Positions 52,750-63,343 of a stretch of 64,000 nt of DNA are shown here, in pieces; position 1 is the first letter of the stretch; the number at the start of each line of letters is the position of its first letter. The notes below the pieces were generated by a model, which saw nothing but the letters and a program-made list of their open reading frames with translations, searched no databases and was not told the DNA's origin. The DNA is from Bdellovibrionales bacterium (GTDB lineage: Bacteria; Bdellovibrionota; Bdellovibrionia; Bdellovibrionales; UBA1609), in the NCBI GenBank assembly GCA_965219095.1, contig CBDCMT010000001.1:1728001-1792000 (forward strand), read 5' to 3'. The position numbers were made by a program, and so were the translations under genes.

Positions 52750-54162
52750 TACCATTTCCAAAAATTAATTCGACATTTTTTTAACGCATTGCGTCCTGGC
52801 TTTTTGATAAAACTCTGTTAAATTTTTAGAGTCATGTCGAAAAAAGATTTAGTTACACAGATTCAAGGGTATGATTTTCTGGCTACTTACAAAGTAGAAA
52901 GAAGTGCCAACATCAAGACAAAATTATTGGCTTTGCAGCATATGCAAGAAGGAAAATCGATTCAAGAAACAGCAGGTATGGTTTTGTATCACCGTCACAG
53001 TATCAAATCCTGGTTACAGTCTTTTTTTGTAGACTTTGATTACGAGGGATTGATAGATCGAGAAGGCAGAGGACGCAAGCCTCGTTTGCCAGTGACAGAA
53101 GAAGAGAACTTCAAAATCAAGTTAGATGAAATTCAAGACAAAAGAGAGGGAGGAAGCATAGGAGCAAAGGAAATACAGAAACTTTTAGCAGATGAATTTG
53201 ACTGTTGCTATTCTCTTTCTGGGGTTTATGTTTCTTTAGACCGTCTTAATATTGTATGGATCAGTGGTCGTTCTCTTCATCCTAAAAGTTCATTAAGAAG
53301 CTATGGAACAGTTTAAGGAACATTTTCCAGAAGAGGTGGAGAAAATAAAGGAAAAGATTCAGACTCATAAAATAGAGATTTGGTGGCAGGATGAATGCAG
53401 AATAAGCTCAGCAAGGTTCTTTAAGCAGGATTTGGGCAAGAAAAGGCACACGGCCTAGAGTTGTGAGGCAAAGACAATTTTTATCCACTTATATTTTTGG
53501 AGCAGTTTGTCCGGATAAAGATAAAGGCTGTGCTTGGATTTTACCGGAATGTAATTCAGGGATGATGCAAATTCACTTAGATGAGATATCTAAAAATATT
53601 CAAGAAAACTATCATGGAATTGTTTTAATGGACAGAGCCAGTTGGCATACCACAGAGACTTTGATAGTTCCTAAGAATTTATCCCTGATGCCTTTACCTC
53701 CTTATAGTCCAGAATTAAATCCCATGGAACAAGTCTGGCAACAATTACGAAGGATCAAATTATCGAATGCATGTTTTAAAAACTATGACCATATACTGAA
53801 TACTTGTTGTGAGGCCTGGAATACTTTTTGCGATCAGGAGGGCAGGATTAAAAAATTATGCACTCGATCTTGGGCAAAACAACAAGATGAATCAAGCTTG
53901 TAAATTAATTTGAACCTATAAATTAAATTGCGTAACTGATTTTTTTCATTTTACATCTTAACCTCACTTTTTTACACTTATTTTAACCCATCAATCGATT
54001 CACACAACAATAGATATACATAAAATAAACATATCTTATGAAAACTCAACCTCCCTTCAAAAAAAACTTTTTTAAAGCCTCCTAATTGAAACTTTTCCTT
54101 AAGTCAATTTTAAAATTTTAAATTTGAACATAAAAATGTCGAATTAATTTCTGTAATTGGTA
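52750..54162 (+). mobile_element. IS630-family IS, copy C
   Basis: Near-identical to copy B; TAA on both flanks. Confidence 0.92.
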
Positions 54163-54394
54163 TAAGAGTAAAATTCTATTTGTTCAGATTTTTCAATTTA
54201 TTTCTTAAGGCCATACTCTTTCACTGACACCATAGTTACTCTCACAAGAGGAGGGTACTTGTAAAGGTGGTAAAACTAGAGCCTATAAGGGCTTCTAACC
54301 ACCATTGGGGTTACTATCATTGAAAGGGCTATGACGAAGTTTATAACAATTAGAGTCAAATAGTTGCCCTCCATTTGTAGGGTTTCGCCCCAAG

Positions 54395-54546
54395 GTTTGC
54401 AAGCTACAAAAAACCTATCAGCGGTTCAAGTTATTCTTGGACATACGGATCAAGCCATAACGCAAAGGTATGCAAAAGCTATTGCACTTTTAAATTCACA
54501 AACAACTCAAAAAACTGCGCAATTTATAAACCTCAAATTAAAATAA
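54395..54546 (+). pseudogene. Tyrosine recombinase (integrase) C-terminal remnant
   Basis: VQVILGHTDQAITQRYA box II motif; points toward the tRNA 3' end. Confidence 0.75.
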
Positions 54547-54627
54547 AAAAATTTATATAACAAAAATCACGCCAAAAACAGGAAAAAATGAAAATAATAC
54601 AATAATTTCAATAACTTACGACAAGTC

Positions 54628-54703
54628 TGGTGGAGACGACAGGCCTCGAACCTGCAACCTTCTGAATGCAAATCAGATGCTCTACCAATTGAGCTACGCC
54701 CCC
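54628..54703 (-). tRNA. tRNA-Ala(UGC)
   Basis: 76 nt; cloverleaf, anticodon TGC, G3:U70 pair, GTTCGA T-loop, encoded CCA. Confidence 0.96.
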
Positions 54704-54719
54704 TTTTTCCATATTTTTA

Positions 54720-55241
54720 CTAATATCTAAATTTAGGCTCTCGTTCAATTATTTTTTTAAAATACTGTCTTTCCCTTGTAAAATCAAAGCCTACTTGTTC
54801 TCCTCCCTCAAGCACTGCAAAAAATAAACCCTCAAGTAGATAAATCTCATGCTCATTATGAGCTTTATGGAAGGCTTTTTGTAGGTCTACTATTAGGTTT
54901 TTAAGATCTTTTGTGGTCACCACTTGAGAAATAAGTCCCTCTAAGTGATTAGAGTACATATGAGGAGGAAAACCAATCCATTGAGATGTGATGAGAATTT
55001 TACGAGACTCTCTTAAGTTAACTTGAAAGCTAAAGTTCTCAGTTGCCTCTAGATTAGCAGGGAACACCTCTAATATATCGTTAAAAAACAACTCATATCT
55101 TTTATCGTCTTCAAGTTGACATATAAGGAGGCTTTGAAGGCTATATTCTTCGACTTTCAAGTTTTTAGCCTGGTTTAAAGCCTGTATGATGAGCTGTTTT
55201 GGTGAAATATACTTTTGTCTCTGCAAATTCTTACCTTTCAA
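54720..55241 (-). CDS. Hypothetical protein (start uncertain)
   Basis: 173-codon ORF co-oriented with and just upstream of the tRNA. Confidence 0.6.
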   Translation of the reverse strand: MKGKNLQRQKYISPKQLIIQALNQAKNLKVEEYSLQSLLICQLEDDKRYELFFNDILEVFPANLEATENFSFQVNLRESRKILITSQWIGFPPHMYSNHLEGLISQVVTTKDLKNLIVDLQKAFHKAHNEHEIYLLEGLFFAVLEGGEQVGFDFTRERQYFKKIIEREPKFRY

Positions 55242-55311
55242 AACTTTTGCTTTCTTTATCGTACTTTGTTATAAAATATTTAGGGATTCTAATAAATTTA
55301 GGATAAAAGTT

Positions 55312-55617
55312 ATGATCATCACTCGTTGGCAAGCCTCAATTATACCTACTAAGGAACAAATTAAAGAAATTTTTTATGACGAAGGTCTTGATCCCCTAGA
55401 GGAGTTCATTCCTAAAGGAAAGTTCATAAGTGAGTTTCATAGTCCTTTTAATGAAGTACGCATGGTAGTGGAGGGAGAGCTTTTTATGACCATTAGTGGA
55501 AATCAGCTTCTTTTAAGGGCTGGAGATAAGATTCGTATTCCCTCGAACACAACACAATCCAAGAAAACCTCTGAAGACAAACATTGCCTTTGTGTTTACG
55601 CTTTTACAGCATCTTAA
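55312..55617 (+). CDS. Cupin-domain protein (start reassigned to ATG 55312)
   Basis: EVRMVVEGEL and LRAGDKIRIPSN cupin pattern. Confidence 0.75.
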   Translation: MIITRWQASIIPTKEQIKEIFYDEGLDPLEEFIPKGKFISEFHSPFNEVRMVVEGELFMTISGNQLLLRAGDKIRIPSNTTQSKKTSEDKHCLCVYAFTAS

Positions 55618-55743
55618 AGCCTTTCTTTCAAGTTCTTTTAACAAACTCACCTAGCTTTATAGCTAAAACTTTTTAAAATTAATTTTTTTTGAGTAGAACT
55701 CTATTTCTTCAAATACTTAAAAAATCAAGTTGTTTAGATCTTT

Positions 55744-57030
55744 TTAACTTTTCATCCATTTTAAGTATTCTGATATGATTTTTTCAAAACCTCGTAAAGA
55801 AGGTTTATAAAGTTTCAAGCCTTTTAGTTTTTCAGGTAGGAAATTTTGTGAAATATAACCTTTTTCACTATCGTGAGAATATTTGTAACTTTCTTTTGTG
55901 TTAAGATTTTTGACAAGAGAACTTGAGCTTAAAGCCTGAGGTATAGGAAGAGGACCTAAATCTTTTACAATCTTTTTAGCTTCTAGAAAGGCTTTGTATG
56001 AACGATTGGACTTAGGAGCACAGGCTAAGTAAGTGGTCACTTGAGCTAAATTAATACCACATTCAGGAAGTCCTACACTTTCTACAGCTTTGATCCCACT
56101 TGTAGCTATACTTAAAGCTCTAGGATCGCTGTTACCGATATCTTCTGAAGCAAAAATGATCAGACGTCTTGCTATAAAAAGAGGATCTTCTCCTCCTTCT
56201 AACATTCGAGCTAAATAATAAACAGCCGCATCAGGGTCACTACCTCTCATACTTTTAATAAACGCTGAGATACAGTTGTAGTGTTCCTCTTTAATCCCTC
56301 CGTAGTAGTTAGGACTAAACCATGTTTTTTCCAAAGTTTTAAGATCAATTTTGTGCGAATCAAAATGTCTTTGATTCACCAAAAACTCAATATGATTTAA
56401 AAGCTGTCTTGCATCTCCTTTACAGAGACAAATGAACTTTTCAAAAGCTTCCTTTTCAAAAACGTCCTGAGAAGCTAATTGATAAGTTTGTAAAGCTTTT
56501 TTAGCTAAAAGTTCTAAATCTTTTTTTTCAAGAGCTTCGAAAACAAAAAGTCTAAGTCGGCTTAAAAGAGCAGGGCTAAGTTGAAAGCTAGGGTTTTCTG
56601 TTGTAGCGCCTATTAAAATAAGATCATTTCTTTCCATGTAAGGTAAAAGCACATCTTGTTGAGTTCTATTTAAACGATGAATTTCATCAACAAATACACA
56701 AGTCATCTGAGAAAACTCTATTCGTTTTCTTCTTCCTTCTGTGCCTATTTCCTTGAGTTGTTTAGAACTTAAGTCTACAGCATTGAGAGACATCCAAAAA
56801 GTGTCGTTTAGGTATTGAGATAAAAGTCTTGCTAAACTTGTTTTCCCTGAGCCAGGAGGCCCCCAAAATACCATACTCGAAGGTTTCGTTTTAGAAAGAA
56901 AAACCCTTTTAAGCCAAGACGAAGCACCTATAATTTTGGTCTGCCCTAAAAAACTGTCAAGAATCTGAGGACGCATGGCCTCAGCCAAAGGAGCTATAGG
57001 GCAGATTTTATTCGTCTCAAATAAAGACAT
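55744..57030 (-). CDS. rarA: Replication-associated recombination protein A
   Basis: PLAEAMRP, WGPPGSGKT, DEIHR, GATTENP, KSMRGSD and ASEDIG motifs. Confidence 0.95.
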   Translation of the reverse strand: MSLFETNKICPIAPLAEAMRPQILDSFLGQTKIIGASSWLKRVFLSKTKPSSMVFWGPPGSGKTSLARLLSQYLNDTFWMSLNAVDLSSKQLKEIGTEGRRKRIEFSQMTCVFVDEIHRLNRTQQDVLLPYMERNDLILIGATTENPSFQLSPALLSRLRLFVFEALEKKDLELLAKKALQTYQLASQDVFEKEAFEKFICLCKGDARQLLNHIEFLVNQRHFDSHKIDLKTLEKTWFSPNYYGGIKEEHYNCISAFIKSMRGSDPDAAVYYLARMLEGGEDPLFIARRLIIFASEDIGNSDPRALSIATSGIKAVESVGLPECGINLAQVTTYLACAPKSNRSYKAFLEAKKIVKDLGPLPIPQALSSSSLVKNLNTKESYKYSHDSEKGYISQNFLPEKLKGLKLYKPSLRGFEKIISEYLKWMKS

Positions 57031-57121
57031 GTTATGAGTCTAGTTATAGTCTGTTTATAAAGTAAGGAAATTTTTTTTCTTGTGCATCACGAAAAAAGTC
57101 TTTAAACTAAAACTAGTAAGT

Positions 57122-57718
57122 ATGAAAACTCCTATAAAACTCACAAGAGTGTTTTGTATTTTAACGTTCATTTGGACCCTTTCAAGCTGTTCAGACAATA
57201 ACGATGCAGGGAATTTAAAAATTGATATAACACCTGAAAAACCACTTGTGATTACAGCCAAATCACCACCTCGCACAATCTGTTCCAATGATCAAGAACT
57301 GACAGCCCCTTGGATGCAGTTTATAATGCGTTTGGAAACCTATTCTGAACAGTACTTCATTTATATTACAAGTGTTGCTATTTTTGTTGAAAACATCTCT
57401 ACAGGTGAAAAAAGCAAACATGACGACTTTCAATTACCAAAAGATCGAAATTACTATTTCATATTTCCACCAAGATCTTCCGTTTCTAATTCTAATTCTC
57501 AACTCATTGGCATTTGTCTTCACGGTTTATCAAGAAACAATGAAAGTGATGGGGGTGAGGACGAGGATGAAGATAATGATGAGGATGATGATTTTGATGA
57601 GGATGAATCCTTATTTTACTCCGTAGAGGTAAAGTTTGCAGGCTGGTATTCTGAAGGACAAGACGGTGCACCTATAGCAAATTTCAAACAAGAATTTAGT
57701 TTTTTTGCAGAAAACTAA
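57122..57718 (+). CDS. Hypothetical lipoprotein with an acidic tract
   Basis: Lipobox LSSC after a hydrophobic stretch; D/E run near the C-terminus. Confidence 0.68.
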   Translation: MKTPIKLTRVFCILTFIWTLSSCSDNNDAGNLKIDITPEKPLVITAKSPPRTICSNDQELTAPWMQFIMRLETYSEQYFIYITSVAIFVENISTGEKSKHDDFQLPKDRNYYFIFPPRSSVSNSNSQLIGICLHGLSRNNESDGGEDEDEDNDEDDDFDEDESLFYSVEVKFAGWYSEGQDGAPIANFKQEFSFFAEN

Positions 57719-57835
57719 CTCAATCAAAACACACACATTAATTCTTAATAATCGGCCTAAAGTTTTTTCTTATATGACTATTATGATGGAGCCTTTATTT
57801 TGAAATAAAGGAGAGAAGAGTTTATAAAGTTAAGA

Positions 57836-58867
57836 TTAAAAAATTATTTTATTTAATGTCAAAGTTCTAAAATTTTTATCAACTTTATAGGCTATATTAG
57901 AATCACAATAATTGTGAAAATAAAACTCAAGAAGCTCAGGCTCAATATGAGTGGCTATGTTTTTAAAAGATTCTCTTCTTTCATATTCAGAAGAGTAAAT
58001 GATCTCACCTGCTTCTGCTCTGTCTTCAACTTCATTACTAGTACCTACAACTCGCTGTCCCTCATGAACAAAAAGAGCTTTCTTGTTATGACACTTAAGG
58101 TTTATAAAAGACCCTGAAATATCATCTAAAGTAGGACATCTATGGCCTAGCCTTCTTTTGATCACTCCTTCATTTCTTCGTATTTTCATCCAACTAAGAT
58201 TGTGGCAAGTATGGCTTTGTATGTAATCTTTTCTAGTTTTAGGTTCATTTTTTTTCATCTTTTTTAAATGAGGTTTTGTTAAAACTGAAGTAATTCTTGC
58301 TTGAAGATAGGGGTCTTTAAAGCAGGAATCTAAGTCTTCTTTGTTTGCTACCTTGTCTATATCGATCTCAAAAACAGGGATATTGCCTTTTTTGCGGTAT
58401 CGTATCGGCATAGGAATCAGGGCTTGATCCACTCCTGAATGATGAAATTCATCCTCCAGAACATAATCAGGACTCACAAGACAGTTGTGAGGCTTAAGAC
58501 ATTTTTCTTGAAGAGAGGAGATCTTCTTTCTTGGAATACGAAAAGTACCTTTATAATTAATAATCCTAATGAGCTTAAAATCCTTTTCAGGTGCCACACA
58601 ATGACCTGCTGTAAGAAGAAGAGGGTCTTTACACTTTTTTTCTCCTCTTTTAAGTCTTATCACAAGTCCTGAACAAGTGCCTGCTCCTATCACTCTTACA
58701 GTAGCCTTTCTGATGTTTTCATCAACAGGGGTGTTGAAAAAATGACAGGGCGGGTGAGGACAAAAAAGAGTTACTATGGGATTAAGTTTTGAGAAGGGAT
58801 TTTCTTCATCACAAGCCTCTAAGAGGATGGGAAGAAAGATAAGAAAAAAAAGAATCAAAAACCTCAT
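57836..58867 (-). CDS. Secreted trypsin-like serine protease (divergent)
   Basis: Signal peptide; CSG, LLTAGHC, DQAL and DISGS catalytic-triad contexts. Confidence 0.72.
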   Translation of the reverse strand: MRFLILFFLIFLPILLEACDEENPFSKLNPIVTLFCPHPPCHFFNTPVDENIRKATVRVIGAGTCSGLVIRLKRGEKKCKDPLLLTAGHCVAPEKDFKLIRIINYKGTFRIPRKKISSLQEKCLKPHNCLVSPDYVLEDEFHHSGVDQALIPMPIRYRKKGNIPVFEIDIDKVANKEDLDSCFKDPYLQARITSVLTKPHLKKMKKNEPKTRKDYIQSHTCHNLSWMKIRRNEGVIKRRLGHRCPTLDDISGSFINLKCHNKKALFVHEGQRVVGTSNEVEDRAEAGEIIYSSEYERRESFKNIATHIEPELLEFYFHNYCDSNIAYKVDKNFRTLTLNKIIF

Positions 58868-58915
58868 ACTTAAGTTCTATTTTAACATGTAAAGAGGGCT
58901 AAAAATAAAGATTTT

Positions 58916-60436
58916 TTAATGCTCATACTTACAATCAAAAAGTTGGCCTTTCAGACAGATAGTTCTTAAAACTTCATTGTTTTTTTCAATTAAGTCTATG
59001 TAGTAGGGAAGGTAATCGATCTTGCTCTTTGTTTGAGTTGCACTTCCTGAAAGGCCTCTGTCTTTATTCAATAAGGATCTAAGTTCCTCAGCTAAGTTTT
59101 TTTTCTTATCTCTTTTAAAGGAGGTGGTTTTTTTGATTTGAGAAGGAGGAATTTTAAAGCCTATGTAATTTTTACGAAATTCTGCTTGTTTATTAAAGCC
59201 CTTTCCTAAAACCCTGCTCTCTTCTTCTGAAAGATAGGAGTTTTGTTTTGTTTCAGGTGAGGTAGGTTTTGAGAAGGGCTGGGAGTTAAGAAGAGATCCG
59301 CTACTGTGGGCTTTTCCTTTGTTAAGGCCTGTGAGTGAGTTTTGAGAGGCTTTAGGTTGTAGATTTTTATCATTAGGTAAAGAAAGAAGAGGGGAATCAT
59401 AATCATAGGAAGACTTATGCTGAATATTTTTTACTCTTCTAGCTGTATCTGGAGGAAGAAGGCTAAAAGAGGGCTTTGGGTATTTTTTACCTTTGTGTCG
59501 AGCTTGATTTAACAAACCTTTAGATAAAGTAAGAGCACAGGCTATGTTTTTTGCAGAACTCTGATGGCTTGATTTTTCTTGCTTCACCAGTTTGTTTCGG
59601 GAAACTTCGTTATTGGCACATTCCGATAAATACTCCGTATCAACATTACCACAAACCTTTTGACACTCATTGATAGCTCTTGTGCAAGCTGTATGGTGTG
59701 AGTTTGTATCGTATCTTAGAACAGCAGAGTTCACAGCCCCTTGAGAGCAGGAAGCTAGAGTGCCCATGGTGCCTGCAGCAGAAAGAGTAGGGTCTTTGGA
59801 GAAGGTAAGCAACATAGCACCTAAGCTTCCTAGAGTGGGCATGATTTTAACTTCTGTGGCTTGGTTGAGAGCTTGAGTGAACTCTTCTCCGCATTGAGCA
59901 TCGGAAGAACAGCAGTTTTGAGTTTCTTGGATCTTTTTTAAGCAGAGTTGTTGAGTTTCTTGTATTGACATTTGCTTTTTGTCTTTTTTACAAACACCAT
60001 CAGCAAGCATTTGTTCTTCATTATCACAAACGCAAACCCCTTCTTTGCGTGAAGAATTTTCAGGACAAGAAAGAAAACAACTAATAGTCCCGTTATCAAA
60101 GTCGTCAGAACAAGCTTTATAACAACAATTACCTCTTTTTTTGTACCCTTCTTTACAAACAGATCCGCTTGAATCAGGTTTCGAAAATATCAAAACACCG
60201 TTAGGGTCATGATGATAACCTGGACTACTGGGATCATTCATGCACCTTGATATTACCATATTAAATCTTTCTCCCTCAGGACAGAAGTAGCATCCACTTT
60301 TTCCAAAACTTTCTTGAACTAAAAAAATACCCAAAAGAAAAAGAAGAAAACTTAAAATATTTATGAAAAAGTGCTGTTTTCTCTTTACTCTTCTATTTTT
60401 TGAAAAAATTCTATTATAAAACAAAATGAAGTTCAT
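58916..60436 (-). CDS. Cys-rich exported protein
   Basis: N-terminal hydrophobic segment; many Cys pairs (CPENSSRKEGVCVC); low-complexity C-terminal half. Confidence 0.68.
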   Translation of the reverse strand: MNFILFYNRIFSKNRRVKRKQHFFINILSFLLFLLGIFLVQESFGKSGCYFCPEGERFNMVISRCMNDPSSPGYHHDPNGVLIFSKPDSSGSVCKEGYKKRGNCCYKACSDDFDNGTISCFLSCPENSSRKEGVCVCDNEEQMLADGVCKKDKKQMSIQETQQLCLKKIQETQNCCSSDAQCGEEFTQALNQATEVKIMPTLGSLGAMLLTFSKDPTLSAAGTMGTLASCSQGAVNSAVLRYDTNSHHTACTRAINECQKVCGNVDTEYLSECANNEVSRNKLVKQEKSSHQSSAKNIACALTLSKGLLNQARHKGKKYPKPSFSLLPPDTARRVKNIQHKSSYDYDSPLLSLPNDKNLQPKASQNSLTGLNKGKAHSSGSLLNSQPFSKPTSPETKQNSYLSEEESRVLGKGFNKQAEFRKNYIGFKIPPSQIKKTTSFKRDKKKNLAEELRSLLNKDRGLSGSATQTKSKIDYLPYYIDLIEKNNEVLRTICLKGQLFDCKYEH

Positions 60437-60468
60437 ATAGTTTTTTCGACAAAAGTCTATAAAAACTT

Positions 60469-60503
60469 AAATGAAAGTGTTTCATTTTGAAACACTTTCA
60501 TTT
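60469..60503. promoter_or_regulatory. Perfect inverted repeat with 16-bp arms in a divergent intergenic region
   Basis: AAATGAAAGTGTTTCA-TTT-TGAAACACTTTCATTT. Confidence 0.55.
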
Positions 60504-60964
60504 TGAAGAACTCATTTCATTTTAAACGAATTTACGAACGTAGTTTACGATAAATGTTTTCTGTGAAACGCTCTCTATAACCAAAGTATTTTTCCCCTCT
60601 TTTACACTAAAAGAATACCAATATACCAATGAAAGTTTGTTTTTTTGCGACTAAAAAGTGAAAACTCTCCTTTTTCTTGTTTTAAAAAAACCTAACTGCA
60701 ATTTACTAATGCAACCTTTTTTTTCATCATTGATTTTATAAATTCACCCTTGATTCCTGATAAAAGGCTAAAAGTTTTAAAAAAATTAAGTTAAGTTTAT
60801 TTAAAAAACAAGCTTTTTAAAAGATTTCTTTTTGAAAGTAAAAAGACTGCCGCAATTGTCTCAAAATGAGTCTAGCCTTATGTCGTATTTTAAAAAAAAT
60901 TGATCTGTTTTTCTTTCTTTTTAAAAAAACTCGACCGATGAAGTTATAAACTAATGGAGGTTTT

Positions 60965-62008
60965 ATGCCAATTCAATTAGAAAGTGTGGTTAAAGAAATT
61001 GAAACTACAAACAAAATTTTACTTACAACCCACAAACAGTGTGATGGAGATGGCTTAGGATCTTGTATGGCTATGTACCATGCTTTGAAAAAAATCGGAA
61101 AAAACGTTGAAATTATGACCATAGATGATGTTCCTGAAAAATACGCTTTCCTAAACACTCGCCACATAGAGGTTTTTCAAAAACCACATAGACCTATAGA
61201 AGAGTTTGATTTGACTCTGATCTTTGATACAAACGATTCCAAACTTGTAGAACCTCTTTTCCAAGAATTAGAAAGAAAGTCAAAAAGTATTGTATTTATT
61301 GATCATCATCCTCCCCTTTCTTATGGAATCTTACACCCTCGATCTTTCATCGACACAGAAGCTACAAGTACAGGAGAGATTGTTTTTTCTATTCTCAATC
61401 TGATGAAAATTAGAATGGACAGAGACATTGCTAGAGCTATTTATACAAGCATTGTTTTTGATTCCATTATGTTTAAATATGTCAAAAACCCTTCTAAAAC
61501 CCATTCCATATGTGCTGAACTTTTAAAATATGAAACTCAACCTAAAGAAATTCATTCTCATCTTTTCGGTACTCAGTCGTTTAATAAAATCAATTTTCTA
61601 AGCCATGCTTTTTCTACTGTAGAGCTTCATTTTGACAACAAGCTTGCTCTTTTTTGTGTGAAAAGAGAAACTCTTAACGCTTACGGCTTAAGTTATAATG
61701 AAGTTTATGATATGTTAGAGTTGTTAATGAATGTCCAGGAGATACAGTGTGTTGTTATGATAAGAGAAGAAAGTCATAACAGCTACAAAATTAGTTTGAG
61801 AAGTAAAAATGATTTAGAAATCTTAAGTATTGCTGAGCATTTCAGAGGGGGAGGGCATTTTTTTGCTGCAGGTGCTACCATTCACGGTGATGAGAAAACC
61901 ATTAGAGATCAAATTTTAAACCTCTTGAAACCAAGGCTGAAAAATGGTTTATCAAATGATCAAAAAAAATACGGTAAAATAAAGACCACCAATGATAGTA
62001 AAACTTGA
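60965..62008 (+). CDS. DHH/DHHA1 phosphoesterase (NrnA-like)
   Basis: H..CDGDGLGS, IDHH, SLRS and GGGH..AAG motifs. Confidence 0.9.
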   Translation: MPIQLESVVKEIETTNKILLTTHKQCDGDGLGSCMAMYHALKKIGKNVEIMTIDDVPEKYAFLNTRHIEVFQKPHRPIEEFDLTLIFDTNDSKLVEPLFQELERKSKSIVFIDHHPPLSYGILHPRSFIDTEATSTGEIVFSILNLMKIRMDRDIARAIYTSIVFDSIMFKYVKNPSKTHSICAELLKYETQPKEIHSHLFGTQSFNKINFLSHAFSTVELHFDNKLALFCVKRETLNAYGLSYNEVYDMLELLMNVQEIQCVVMIREESHNSYKISLRSKNDLEILSIAEHFRGGGHFFAAGATIHGDEKTIRDQILNLLKPRLKNGLSNDQKKYGKIKTTNDSKT

Positions 62009-62036
62009 AAAACCGAGAAAAAGGCAGTATTAAGAG

Positions 62037-62285
62037 TTGAAAAAAAAGAAACGAAAACAAGTAATCTGTCTTTGCAATCATGTTAGAAAAGAAACTATTG
62101 AGCAAGCTATAAAAAAATACAATTTAAAGGAAATTAACGAAATCTTTGACAAAACAACAGCAGGAGTAGGAGCTTGTGGAGGTTCTTGTCAGCCTCTGTT
62201 AAAAAAGATTTTAGAGCATTATAAAAAAACAGAATCGTTTTTAGAAAAGATTCATGATCCTAGAGTGAGAAGAAAAAGTAAATGA
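62037..62285 (+). CDS. BFD-like [2Fe-2S]-binding protein
   Basis: ICLCNHV..AGVGACGGSC. Confidence 0.8.
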   Translation: MKKKKRKQVICLCNHVRKETIEQAIKKYNLKEINEIFDKTTAGVGACGGSCQPLLKKILEHYKKTESFLEKIHDPRVRRKSK

Positions 62286-63043
62286 AAGTGTTTCAAATAC
62301 CAGGTTTTGTGGACAATTATTTTTATATTTTAAATAGGGGCGGATTATGGGCTGTTGTAGATCCGGGAGACTTCCAGCCCATTTTTAATTTCTTAGAGGA
62401 TCACAGGGTTAAAAAACTGGACTTTATTTTCAACACTCATCATCACTTTGATCATATAGGAGCTAATTTAGCTCTTAAAAAAAAGTATAATTGTCAAATT
62501 CTATCCTCCCATTATGATAAAAAAAGAATCCCTCTTGTAGATAAAAGTCTTTGTGACAAGGACACCTTTTTCTTTTCAGACTTAGAAGTAAAGGTGATCT
62601 TTTGTCCTGGTCATACTTTAGGTCATATTGCTTATTGGTTTGAAAAAGAAAAAAAACTTTTTTGTGGTGATACACTTTTTGCTATGGGCTGTGGCAGACT
62701 TTTTGAAGGCTCCCCTGAGCAGATGTTACATAGCTTAAATCGATTCAAGACCCTCCCTTCTGAAACCTCTATTTACTGTGCCCATGAGTACACACAAAAA
62801 AACGCTCTTTTTTCTTTATCTGTGGACCCTAAAAACAAAGCCCTGAAAGAAAGACAACTTCATATCAAAGCTTTAAGAAAAGCCCATCAACCCACAGTTC
62901 CATTTTTTCTCAAAGAAGAATTAGCTACAAACCCTTTTCTGAGATCCAATAACAAACAACTGAAAAACACTTTAGGCTTTAAAGACAGTGAATCCGAACT
63001 TACAGTGTTCACAGAACTAAGAAAAAGACGAGATGTCTTTTGA
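62282..63043 (+). CDS. gloB: Hydroxyacylglutathione hydrolase (glyoxalase II)
   Basis: THHHFDHIG, PGHTLGH, GDTLF..GCGRLFEG, CAHEYT and NPFLR motifs. Confidence 0.94.
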   Translation: MKVFQIPGFVDNYFYILNRGGLWAVVDPGDFQPIFNFLEDHRVKKLDFIFNTHHHFDHIGANLALKKKYNCQILSSHYDKKRIPLVDKSLCDKDTFFFSDLEVKVIFCPGHTLGHIAYWFEKEKKLFCGDTLFAMGCGRLFEGSPEQMLHSLNRFKTLPSETSIYCAHEYTQKNALFSLSVDPKNKALKERQLHIKALRKAHQPTVPFFLKEELATNPFLRSNNKQLKNTLGFKDSESELTVFTELRKRRDVF

Positions 63044-63116
63044 TACATCTTGTAAGAGAAGGGAGAATCTTTGATAGAAAGAAGAACTTTAAAATCTGAT
63101 AAGCCTAACAAAAAAG

Positions 63117-63153
63117 GGCTCCTCCGGGAACCCACAGATTCTTTTGAGGAGGC
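63117..63153 (+). mobile_element. 37-bp ISL3 derivative with 8-bp target-site duplication
   Basis: Left end fused to right end; CAAAAAAG at 63109-16 and 63154-61. Confidence 0.85.
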
Positions 63154-63305
63154 CAAAAAAGAAAGAATAACCCTAAGGTTTTGAGCCTATAATAAATTGC
63201 GTAACTTAATTTTTTCATTTTTTAGATTTTTTATAATTTTCTAGCTGGTTTCTTATAAAATAACGCAGCACAAAATAATTTTCTTATCCTCTTCTAAGTA
63301 CAAAA

Positions 63306-63334
63306 TTGACAAAACTCTAAAAAACTTTTACATT
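63306..63334 (+). promoter_or_regulatory. Sigma-70-type promoter for rpmG
   Basis: TTGACA-N17-TACATT, 9 nt before the ATG. Confidence 0.55.
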
Positions 63335-63343
63335 TAAGTTCAT

